Assembly (NCBI GenBank): GCA_049521795.1 | Contig: JBEKOM010000001.1 | Span: forward strand, 1 to 64,000 | Length of the DNA: 64,000 bases | Reading direction: 5' to 3' | Source: Candidatus Bathyarchaeia archaeon | GTDB taxonomy: Archaea > Thermoproteota > Bathyarchaeia > Bathyarchaeales > Bathycorpusculaceae | In this document: piece by piece, positions 41,007-48,730 of the stretch | Position numbering within the stretch: the first letter of the stretch is position 1 | Layout: each line of letters begins with the position of its first letter | The notes under the pieces: generated by a model | What the model saw: the letters and a program-made list of their open reading frames with translations, nothing else | What the model was told of the DNA's origin: nothing | Database searches by the model: none | Program-made: the position numbers and the translations under genes

Positions 41007-41100
41007 TTGACTGCCTCAATTCAAGACTGACTTTTGACTCTAATAAAACTATGGGTTAATCGTCATTTCTGAAAAAGAATCAAGATAATGAACAGAATAT

Positions 41101-41859
41101 TCAGTTGGCAAGTGGTGGTGGAGGTGGAGTCGGCAATTGTTTCTTCTTCGACCTATTTCTCCTAATAACCAAGCCTGTTGTTACAGTTAATGCGCATACG
41201 ACAACTACAATACCTATGGCGACATAGGTCCAAGGAAATTGTGGTTGGACTCCTTTTATCGTTATCCATACTGGGTCCTCAACTCCACCAATTATGCCAC
41301 CGTCATTTGAAAAATATGGAGCATCCCCACCGCCAATAGGTCCGCTTCCTTCTTCGGATGCATCTTTGCAGTGGAAAGAACCAACAAGGTCGATGACATA
41401 ATGGAGCTTCACGGTCTCATCCTGAGCGATATTTTGATAAGGTCTTGACGCATTTACCGTATATGAGAATGATTGAGAACTGTTGAGAACTAAAGTATTT
41501 GACTGCACCCGCACTAAAGTCATCATCTGTTTGGAAAGGTCTTTAGAAAGAATTCTCTCTGTACCGAGTTCTACATAGACATCGTACACGCTAAGACTGA
41601 GATTCTCCACATTTGGATTTATGTTTTTTATTCCTATTGTGAAGTCTATTTCATGGTTTTCCTTTAGAAGCCAAATGTCATTATCCCATGAAAAACGAAT
41701 ATCTACATCAAAAAGCCTAGGTCCTATCAACCAACTGTAATGAAAAGTCGTTACCTTGGACCCACCGCTACAATATACCGTAAAGACAAGATTGCCAAAA
41801 AGCAAGCAGAAAAGAGTCAGCAGGGCGATTAGAGTGACCGCTTTCATCAGTCTCACCAT
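41101..41859 (-). CDS. Secreted type I membrane protein with Pro-rich tail
   Basis: Signal peptide, C-terminal TM, RRNRSKKK...PPPPP. Start at ATG 41859 follows repeat A. Confidence 0.7.
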   Translation of the reverse strand: MVRLMKAVTLIALLTLFCLLFGNLVFTVYCSGGSKVTTFHYSWLIGPRLFDVDIRFSWDNDIWLLKENHEIDFTIGIKNINPNVENLSLSVYDVYVELGTERILSKDLSKQMMTLVRVQSNTLVLNSSQSFSYTVNASRPYQNIAQDETVKLHYVIDLVGSFHCKDASEEGSGPIGGGDAPYFSNDGGIIGGVEDPVWITIKGVQPQFPWTYVAIGIVVVVCALTVTTGLVIRRNRSKKKQLPTPPPPPLAN

Positions 41860-41902
41860 GGGTGTTCTGATGCATCTGTGGATTAAAGATTTCTGTCCTT
41901 GA

Positions 41903-42477
41903 GGTTTTGCGGAAAAGTTATAGCCGAACCGAAATAACACCATCTTCACAGGTGTTAGGAATGGTTGACATAACAGAGATTTCTGCCCTTGTAGCTGCTG
42001 CAGGTGTGCTAGTTGGTGTTGCTTACTATGTTCTAGACATGAGGAATCAGACAAAAATGAGACAGATGGATTTTGTCCTGAGACTGCCTTCTTCCTTCAT
42101 AGGAAGAGATGTGTTTGAAACAATTGCAACTGTCATGAAAACAGAATTTAAGACCTTTGATGACTATGAAGAGAAATGTGGCATTGAAGCCCGTCAAGTA
42201 GCTGGCTTGGGTGAAGACCTTGGGCTTCTAGTCAAAAAAAAGGTCGTAGAATTTAACCTAGTCTATGAAAGGTATGATGTGAGGTCTGTATATGAAAAGT
42301 TGAAACCTTGGATAGAAGAGTCTAGAAGAAGAACGAACAATCCAAGAAATTTTGAATATTTTGAATATCTCTACAATGAAGAAAAGAAGAGAGAACAGAA
42401 ACTCAAGAAATCAAAAGCGTAAACTATCAGTCTTTTTGAACCAGTTTTTGGTTTTGCGGAAAAGTTATAGCTGAACC
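41903..42477 (+). repeat. Repeat family B (2 copies, 27/28 identical), BRE/TATA-like
   Basis: ggttttgcggaaaagttatagcYgaacc at 41903-41930 and 42450-42477, each about 30 nt upstream of a plus-strand gene. Confidence 0.85.
41961..42422 (+). CDS. DUF4760-like protein (N-terminal TM)
   Basis: N-terminal TM; E.LGLLVKK...YEKLKPWI...R...FE.FEYL. Confidence 0.65.
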   Translation: MVDITEISALVAAAGVLVGVAYYVLDMRNQTKMRQMDFVLRLPSSFIGRDVFETIATVMKTEFKTFDDYEEKCGIEARQVAGLGEDLGLLVKKKVVEFNLVYERYDVRSVYEKLKPWIEESRRRTNNPRNFEYFEYLYNEEKKREQKLKKSKA

Positions 42478-42506
42478 AATGTAACTCTGTGGGTTGGTGA
42501 GTTGGG

Positions 42507-43058
42507 TTGCTTGAAGGTAAACTTGTGAACCTGCGAGCTTGGGAAAGGGAAGATATTGATTTCTTAGCTGAACATCGCAATGACATTAATTGTATGGGTG
42601 AGTACTGGCCCATTATTAGGCAGTATTCGAAGTCAGATTACCAGAAAGTGTTTGATAATCCTTCAAACTTGCAAATCTTACTTGAGGCTAAGACATTTGT
42701 CATTCAGAAGAAAGATGGGACTAGGATAGGAGAGATTCATCATTATCTAGATATAACCCATCATTGGATGGAGCTTGGTTATTGGTTAGTGCCGAGTGAA
42801 AGGAAAAAAGGATATGCAACCGAAGCAGTCCAGTTAATAGTTGACTACCCGTTTCTTTCAAAGGAACTTGTGCGTGTTCAGGCTATTACTGATGTCAGAA
42901 ATTTCGCTTCTCAGAGGGTTCTTGAAAAAGCAGGGTTCACGAAAGAAGGGATAGTCCGCAAGAGTGCTTTCACCCGAGGAGAATGGAAAGACGGGTGCCT
43001 ATTCAGTATTCTCAGAGAAGAATGGAAAGAACCAAAAATACTAACAAAAACCATATGA
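42507..43058 (+). CDS. GNAT N-acetyltransferase, RimJ/RimL family
   Basis: LEGKLVNLR, ELGYW, RKKGYATEA, NFASQRVLEKAGF.EG. Confidence 0.9.
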   Translation: MLEGKLVNLRAWEREDIDFLAEHRNDINCMGEYWPIIRQYSKSDYQKVFDNPSNLQILLEAKTFVIQKKDGTRIGEIHHYLDITHHWMELGYWLVPSERKKGYATEAVQLIVDYPFLSKELVRVQAITDVRNFASQRVLEKAGFTKEGIVRKSAFTRGEWKDGCLFSILREEWKEPKILTKTI

Positions 43059-43146
43059 AGATGAATTGGCTGGCGTTTTTCTGTTCTACGCTTTCGACAT
43101 AACTCTCTTCTTTTCTGATGTATTAGAAGTTCTAAAAAGAAAAGTG

Positions 43147-44133
43147 CTAAGATTCTAGAAATCTCTTGATAGTTTCCATTGGACTCTCTTCGGTCATCAG
43201 TGCCAAGCTCTCTGAGGAATATTGTCCCCGAGACTGCCCAAGTTCTCTCTTGATGATTTTTGCCAAGGCCATTGCAATAGTGTCCACATCCAATTGATTG
43301 GCCTTGCCATTGACTTTCTCTAGAGGAATTGAATTTACAATTTGTTGCCAAGCCTCTCGAAGTTCATCTCTAGACAGGATATATGTCAAAACATCCTTGT
43401 TCACAGTCTTGAACATCAGAATCCTTAGAATGTCTCGATTTACATTCAAATGGCATCCAGTGTCGAAGAATATCTTTCGCATTATATGAGGATTGAAGAC
43501 AGGAACTCCAGCAATCTTGCAGATTCGTTCTAACATCTTGGCGATACCTCTTTTGGTTGTTGGCAATTCAAGACCTGACTTCTGAAGCTGTGTTGCAAGT
43601 CCCAGGGTCATTTCCGAAATGTAGACTCGGCCAGGAACATTCTCTTTTTCTGATTCTATCAAGAAAGTTCCTTCAGTCATTCTTGGAATAACTTTCTTCA
43701 CCAAGTCACCAACTCTGCAAGGACAGTCTCTCATTAGACCCAGCACCGTCTTAGTCTGCAGATCTCCTAGCCTGAAGCAATTCTGTAGATTTTCCAAGGT
43801 CGGAATATTGACATCAATCTTCATCTGGGTATCTGGAATTTTGTTTTTCAATCGAAGTTCCAAATCATAGTAACTAAAGAATGAACTTGCTCCGAAGACA
43901 TAATTGCTTGCTGTGGACTTGCTAAGTTTCTTTTTGTCCTGCAAGAATTTCCAGAATAAGACAATTTCTGTGGTGAACCTCTTTCCTTCCTTTCTTCTTA
44001 GTTCCAATATTTCTTCAGAGTCCATTCCAAGGAACTCTTTAAGATACAAGAATGCCTTAGCATGGTGAAGTTTGGTTGATTCCGAAATCAGACTTGCTAA
44101 CCATTCTTGTTCCTTGTCCAACATAGGATCCAA
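43147..44133 (-). CDS. Tyrosine recombinase/integrase, divergent
   Basis: N-terminal core-binding domain (LSKSTASNYV...SSFF); catalytic R (CRVGD), K (SEKE), HIMR and Y (VLTY). The usual LMGH box reads LMFK. Confidence 0.8.
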   Translation of the reverse strand: MDPMLDKEQEWLASLISESTKLHHAKAFLYLKEFLGMDSEEILELRRKEGKRFTTEIVLFWKFLQDKKKLSKSTASNYVFGASSFFSYYDLELRLKNKIPDTQMKIDVNIPTLENLQNCFRLGDLQTKTVLGLMRDCPCRVGDLVKKVIPRMTEGTFLIESEKENVPGRVYISEMTLGLATQLQKSGLELPTTKRGIAKMLERICKIAGVPVFNPHIMRKIFFDTGCHLNVNRDILRILMFKTVNKDVLTYILSRDELREAWQQIVNSIPLEKVNGKANQLDVDTIAMALAKIIKRELGQSRGQYSSESLALMTEESPMETIKRFLES

Positions 44134-44454
44134 TTCTCGTGCCTCCCTTTTCGTTTTTATGAAGGCAGAATTCAGAAACGAGAACAGTCAGTTCCTACTT
44201 GGATCCAAATATCCATGGTACGTTGAAACCGAGGAGGGGTAGGTTCCTCAGCCCACCAAATAAGACTTCTCAACCCACTAAAATCTAAGAGGCGGGATGG
44301 AAGTTGAGTCCTGGCAAATGGGGACATCACCAGCCGACCCGCCCACTCTCCCTTCTTCTTTCTGCATCAACGTATTCTGGTCACTTGGCATTAACATATG
44401 CATCCCGCAGTCAAACCAGAACGCTTTAGCTGGCATCGTCCGACTATGGCACCG

Positions 44455-44473
44455 ATAAATCTAATGTTCCACT
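44455..44473 (+). repeat. Boundary repeat copy 2 (att-like)
   Basis: Identical to 36954-36972. Confidence 0.75.
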
Positions 44474-44593
44474 CCACACTTAACTCCACACTTCACCGGA
44501 TGGAACTTCTAGGAAAGCAAGAGCGCGCGTTACGCTTATTAGTGAGCAATTTTGAGAGATCGTTCACAGTGCACTTTACGGGGCTAAACTGCA

Positions 44594-45325
44594 ATGGGAA
44601 CAGCTAAGGAAGAAAACTTTGACGAAGTCAATTACGAGCATCAAATCAAAGTCACCAGGAATGGCCCATACATTGTTTCTGGCAAACTCCCCATATCCGA
44701 ACAAATAATCATCGTCAACAAGGAAGGGATTCCAGTCGAATGGCGTTCGGGCAAGAAATATCCTTTACAGGAAAAATGCGGCCTTTGCCGATGCGGAGAA
44801 TCAAAGAACAAACCTTTCTGCGATGGAACACACACAAAAATCGGTTTTGACGGTACCGAAGGGGCCAGCAGTGAACCCTACCTGAAACAGGCAAAAACTA
44901 TACAGGGCCCAACGCTCAAGCTAACCGACGTTGAAGATCTTTGCGCCTCTGCGCGTTTCTGTCATAGAGCAGGCGAAATTTGGAACCTTGTTCCAAAATC
45001 AGACGACTTGGATTCTAAACGTGCGGCAATCGAAGAAGCAGCAGACTGCCCCTCAGGTCGCCTTGTAGTTTGGGACAAGAAAACAGGGAAGGCGATTGAA
45101 CCAAAATTGGAAAAATCAATCGGGCTAATCGAAGACCCTCAGCTGGAGTGCAGCGGTCCGATCTGGGTGCGAGGAAGCATCCCGATCAGGTCTGCAGATG
45201 GAAGAATCTATGAAGTTCGCAATCGCGTTACTCTCTGTCGCTGCGGCAAGTCCTCCATCAAGCCATTTTGCGACAGCAGCCACTTTCCCGAGCATCTCTA
45301 CGAAGAAATGATGTCTTCTAAGTAA
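44594..45325 (+). CDS. CDGSH iron-sulfur domain protein (two CDGSH + divergent 4Fe-4S/3Fe-4S domain)
   Basis: LCRCGESKNKPFCDGTH, CASARFC...CPSG, LCRCGKS..KPFCDSSH. Confidence 0.92.
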   Translation: MGTAKEENFDEVNYEHQIKVTRNGPYIVSGKLPISEQIIIVNKEGIPVEWRSGKKYPLQEKCGLCRCGESKNKPFCDGTHTKIGFDGTEGASSEPYLKQAKTIQGPTLKLTDVEDLCASARFCHRAGEIWNLVPKSDDLDSKRAAIEEAADCPSGRLVVWDKKTGKAIEPKLEKSIGLIEDPQLECSGPIWVRGSIPIRSADGRIYEVRNRVTLCRCGKSSIKPFCDSSHFPEHLYEEMMSSK

Positions 45326-45570
45326 AGTCAACATGACCTTAATATTTTGCCGCGCGTGCGCTGAGAAAAACGGGAGGCCACCTACTGCCATGCTTTTCGC
45401 ACTGAGCATTTGAGCTAATGTTAGTAAGCTTCAACATCGATTACATTAGTCCAAGCTGCTTCATCATTCCGACTACGTCGTAGAAAAGACGTTCCTCTGC
45501 GATTTCGCTGCTTTTCCAAGTGGCAACGGTGCAGAATTCAAGGGGAAGCGCGCTAAAAAATGAGAAAAAT

Positions 45571-45909
45571 CTACGGATTCTTGGTGAGTTCTGCTAGTTG
45601 TTTTTTATTGAGCCCAACTCCAGGCGTGGCATCAAGTCTCTTGTGCACCTTTCCTTTTTTGAAAAGAAGCACCGTGGGGTAGTACTCTATCGCGTATAGC
45701 TCACATAAATCTGGTCTGTCATCAACTATGACGCTCATGCACTCTTGCGGATTGCCTCTTGCGTACTCTTCAAATACTGGTAGGAACCTTTGGGAAAATG
45801 GGCACCAACTAGCGTAGAAAAGGACGAAAGCCCTTTCCTTGTTTTCTATTTCTCCTTCCGGACTGCTGCTTCTGGAGACTTCTACTTTACGCCTTTCAGC
45901 TTTGCTCAT
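45571..45909 (-). CDS. Thioredoxin-fold protein with monothiol CxxS
   Basis: FYASWCPFS...YPT...F.KG. Confidence 0.85.
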   Translation of the reverse strand: MSKAERRKVEVSRSSSPEGEIENKERAFVLFYASWCPFSQRFLPVFEEYARGNPQECMSVIVDDRPDLCELYAIEYYPTVLLFKKGKVHKRLDATPGVGLNKKQLAELTKNP

Positions 45910-46000
45910 TCATCCATCGGCCTCTTCTTCAACACATCTTAACCCTGTATGTCAGCAACCATTAGAGTTAACCTTAACGCATTTTTTATCATGGTTACAA

Positions 46001-46015
46001 ATAAATCTAATGTTC
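46001..46015 (+). repeat. Boundary repeat copy 3 (15-bp core)
   Basis: ataaatctaatgttc. Confidence 0.6.
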
Positions 46016-47297
46016 GAACAATACTGTTAAGGCAAGTTGCCCGGTTCTTTGAGGCCCCAATCCGTTTTGGATTGTCAACTTTTTTTGACTTAACATTGAT
46101 TAATTCAGTTGTTTTCTGAGAGTTTGACACCTATTTCCGTCAAGTTTTCTTGACGAAAAGAGTTTTCTTCACGTTGTTGCACAAGTTAATTGGAGACATC
46201 TTATGTCTACTAATGATGAAGAACCATATTCGACGATTTTTGCATCTTTAAAACATCCCATCCGCCGTAGGATTCTGAGGATGTTGTCGAAGCAGCCTAT
46301 GGGTTTCATGGAGATGATTGAGGTTCTAGGGGTGTCCAATTCCTTTCTGACTTATCATCTTGAGAATCTCGGTGAATTGCTCAGCAAGACGGAAGACGGC
46401 AAGTACAAGCTCTCTAGTTTCGGGGAAGCTGCGAATGCAACAATGACCAAGGTAGAAGACATCCCAACGACTATACCCCACCATTCCACGAGAATAAAGA
46501 CACGTGGGTTTAGAGGCGGAAGTGCTGCCACGGCATTAGGAATAATCTGCATTTTGTTGATTGCTGGTTTGGGCGGAACACTTGCATACTATGCGATGGC
46601 AATTAACAACAAACAAAGTGAACTAAACTCTGCAAACAACACAATCAGCCAGCTAAACACTACCATAGCGAGCCAGAAAGAAGCTATTACCCAGTTGAAT
46701 ACCACGGTCACGAACCTTCAAGACCAAAACGGAAACCTGCAAACATGGCTAGATGGAAACCTGACTCTGACTAATAAGACTCAAATGTGGCTCAGTGGGA
46801 ATGTGACTGCCTACAATCAGCTTCAAGATGAAGTTAGTAACATCCACATCGGGGGCACAAAGAACTCTACGGTTTTGGTGAACAACGAAACATACCCACA
46901 GTATGAAGGACCGACGATAACGGAAAACAACGAAACAATCCAAATCATTCAGCTGGGCTGGGGTTTTTCTGTGCCATCTGCAGGATATATTTCTGTGATG
47001 TTTTCTTCAAACGGTACCTCAACCCCTGTTGAAGTCTCGTACTATCAGAACAGCACCATTAACTGGCTTGGATTCAACCCGATCCTTCAGTTTGATCTGG
47101 GTTCAAGTGGAATAATAGTTTTTCCCGTTTCGGCCTCTACAACCTACCTAATATCTCTTCATAATCCTCTCGGTGAAACTTCTGCTTTCACAATAACAAT
47201 AACGTACCACTACTAGAACCCATTTCTCTTTCTTTAGTCAATCAAGAAATACGAAGAATTTGTGTTGGGTAACTTACCTTAACAGTATCTGTTCGAA
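46013..47297. repeat. About 30-bp imperfect inverted repeats flanking the wHTH gene
   Basis: 46013-46042 ttcgaacaatactgttaaggcaagttgccc versus 47267-47297 gggtaacttaccttaacagtatctgttcgaa: reverse complements with 2 mismatches and 1 gap. Confidence 0.8.
46203..47216 (+). CDS. Membrane-anchored ArsR-type wHTH regulator with coiled coil and extracellular domain
   Basis: IFASLKHPIRRRILRML...LTYHL..L, one TM, N/Q-rich heptads, beta-rich C-terminus. Confidence 0.82.
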   Translation: MSTNDEEPYSTIFASLKHPIRRRILRMLSKQPMGFMEMIEVLGVSNSFLTYHLENLGELLSKTEDGKYKLSSFGEAANATMTKVEDIPTTIPHHSTRIKTRGFRGGSAATALGIICILLIAGLGGTLAYYAMAINNKQSELNSANNTISQLNTTIASQKEAITQLNTTVTNLQDQNGNLQTWLDGNLTLTNKTQMWLSGNVTAYNQLQDEVSNIHIGGTKNSTVLVNNETYPQYEGPTITENNETIQIIQLGWGFSVPSAGYISVMFSSNGTSTPVEVSYYQNSTINWLGFNPILQFDLGSSGIIVFPVSASTTYLISLHNPLGETSAFTITITYHY

Positions 47298-47350
47298 TTT
47301 CCTTTCTTAGCGCGCGCTGTTTGTTAAGGTTTGACCTGCGCTCTTCAACT

Positions 47351-48250
47351 TCATGTTTTGATCTTCTTTTCTAGCATAACCAGATGAGAAATATCTTGCT
47401 CATCAGCCCCAAACTCTAACTCGCCCACAACTTCTTCGAAACGCTTCTCAAGCGTCACCATGGCCGTGTTCAAACCACCTTCCAAAGCAATCTTTACACT
47501 ATGCGAAACCTGCCCCAGAACACCCTCTGAATCATGGGCATAAACTGTGAAACTCCACCACGGCTGATCCTTCCTGTCAGGCCTCAGATGACAAAAAGAC
47601 AACGAATCGATCTTTTCATTCTTCAATCCAACGTAGAAACGATGATCCTTACCGATCTCTTCAAGATTCTCCAGACTAAACTCCAAAGCCTTCCAATCAT
47701 AAACCAAAACCCCACCAGGGATCATGTCGACATTGTTTCTCAGCAAATCATAAAGCACGTTAGACCCCGTTTCTTCTAAAACATAGCGAACTCGCATCGG
47801 AGGCGACATCTTCACCGCAGTAGCCCAGAACACAGCCAACTCAAGAACGCTTGAGAACCCAGCTTTCACCGCAATCTTCAATGACTCGACATTCCGATCA
47901 CTAGTCGTATAACGAAGCCGCGCAACACCCAACCGCTCACCCTCTGCAACCAAATAAGCAGTGATTTCATTCGCATACCCTCTCTGCCTAAAATCTGGAT
48001 GCACCCTTAGGCCTTCCAACCAGCCAGTCCGTCCACCCTCAATCAGTCGTAAATTACCCACAGCCACAACCCTGCCCTCGACCTCCACACCGACAAAATC
48101 ACATTTCGGATCATTCACCCACACATCAAAAACCGTTCCCAAATAATCATGTCCATCCCAAGTATGCGCTGAAATCTCCAAAACATCGTCCCGATCCGAC
48201 TCAACCAATCTCCGAATCAACACAGACATGACCTCCCCAGCGGCTTCCAT
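47351..48250 (-). CDS. GNAT N-acetyltransferase
   Basis: WDGHDY, WLEGLRVHPDFRQRGYA, N..S...A.KAGF. Confidence 0.85.
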   Translation of the reverse strand: MEAAGEVMSVLIRRLVESDRDDVLEISAHTWDGHDYLGTVFDVWVNDPKCDFVGVEVEGRVVAVGNLRLIEGGRTGWLEGLRVHPDFRQRGYANEITAYLVAEGERLGVARLRYTTSDRNVESLKIAVKAGFSSVLELAVFWATAVKMSPPMRVRYVLEETGSNVLYDLLRNNVDMIPGGVLVYDWKALEFSLENLEEIGKDHRFYVGLKNEKIDSLSFCHLRPDRKDQPWWSFTVYAHDSEGVLGQVSHSVKIALEGGLNTAMVTLEKRFEEVVGELEFGADEQDISHLVMLEKKIKT

Positions 48251-48410
48251 CCTTATTTCATTTTTCCCGCAAACACGGAAACGAGGAACCGCTCCCGAAA
48301 AACCGCGGGCGCTAACTTCCTATCTTCTTTTCTGTTTCTTTCCGCCACGGGCTCTTCTCGCCTGATGTCCCTTCTGCCTATCGATTGCTTTTCCCATAGG
48401 CTTACTTCTT

Positions 48411-48698
48411 TTACTCATTCTTGTCATCACCGCCTGAAGTGCGCTCAGGAGTTGATTCCGTTCCATTCGGATGCTTCTTCATCCACCTCAATGCGTAAGC
48501 TTCTGCTTTCGATGCAGTCGCATACTCTGGCGATATAGCCTCTCCCTTATCATCAACCCTTACCCTGGGAAACAGCAACGCCACGTATTCCGCCCCAAAC
48601 TCCTTCTTTGTAACAACAAGATTCTGTCCTGTGGTCTCATTCACGAATCCTCGCTGTCGGTCCATTTTTCTCCAGCCTGCTACTATTTTCAATGACAA
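48411..48698 (-). CDS. Hypothetical protein
   Basis: Plausible ORF, co-oriented downstream of the OB-fold gene. Confidence 0.55.
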   Translation of the reverse strand: MSLKIVAGWRKMDRQRGFVNETTGQNLVVTKKEFGAEYVALLFPRVRVDDKGEAISPEYATASKAEAYALRWMKKHPNGTESTPERTSGGDDKNE

Positions 48699-48730
48699 TT
48701 CCTCAGTCGCTCTTCTTTGGCATGTGAGCC

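Larger units (their letters stand above)
37786..41896 (-). repeat. Dispersed repeat family A (6 copies), BRE/TATA-like plus conserved downstream segment
   Basis: Copies at 37786-37823, 39114-39148, 39308-39346, 39714-39752, 40439-40453 (partial) and 41865-41896. Minus-strand consensus ACAGAAATCTTWAATCnnCAcaGcAACAGAAGAyAAAcT. Confidence 0.85.
36954..44473. mobile_element. AT-rich island: short-gene cassette array plus tyrosine recombinase, bounded by a 19-bp direct repeat
   Basis: ataaatctaatgttccact at 36954-36972 and 44455-44473; visible drop in GC; about 12 short unrelated ORFs; integrase near the right end. Confidence 0.7.

Noticed and set aside
37786-41896. Repeat A as a CRISPR array
   Set aside because: Spacing is irregular (about 190-1400 bp), the intervals are protein-coding genes and no cas genes are present.
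41973-41991. Extra partial repeat A (agatttctgcccttg) inside the DUF4760-like gene
   Set aside because: Short, inside coding sequence and lacking the TATA-like part; probably chance.
44231-44258. tRNA gene or att fragment ending cagcccacca
   Set aside because: No T-loop or cloverleaf; only about 10 nt of resemblance.
45972-47330. CCTTAAC...GTTAAGG pairs at both ends of the wHTH module as attC sites
   Set aside because: They deviate from RYYYAAC/GTTRRRY and lack complementary internal L boxes. A similar motif at about 24916 looks like an ordinary promoter.
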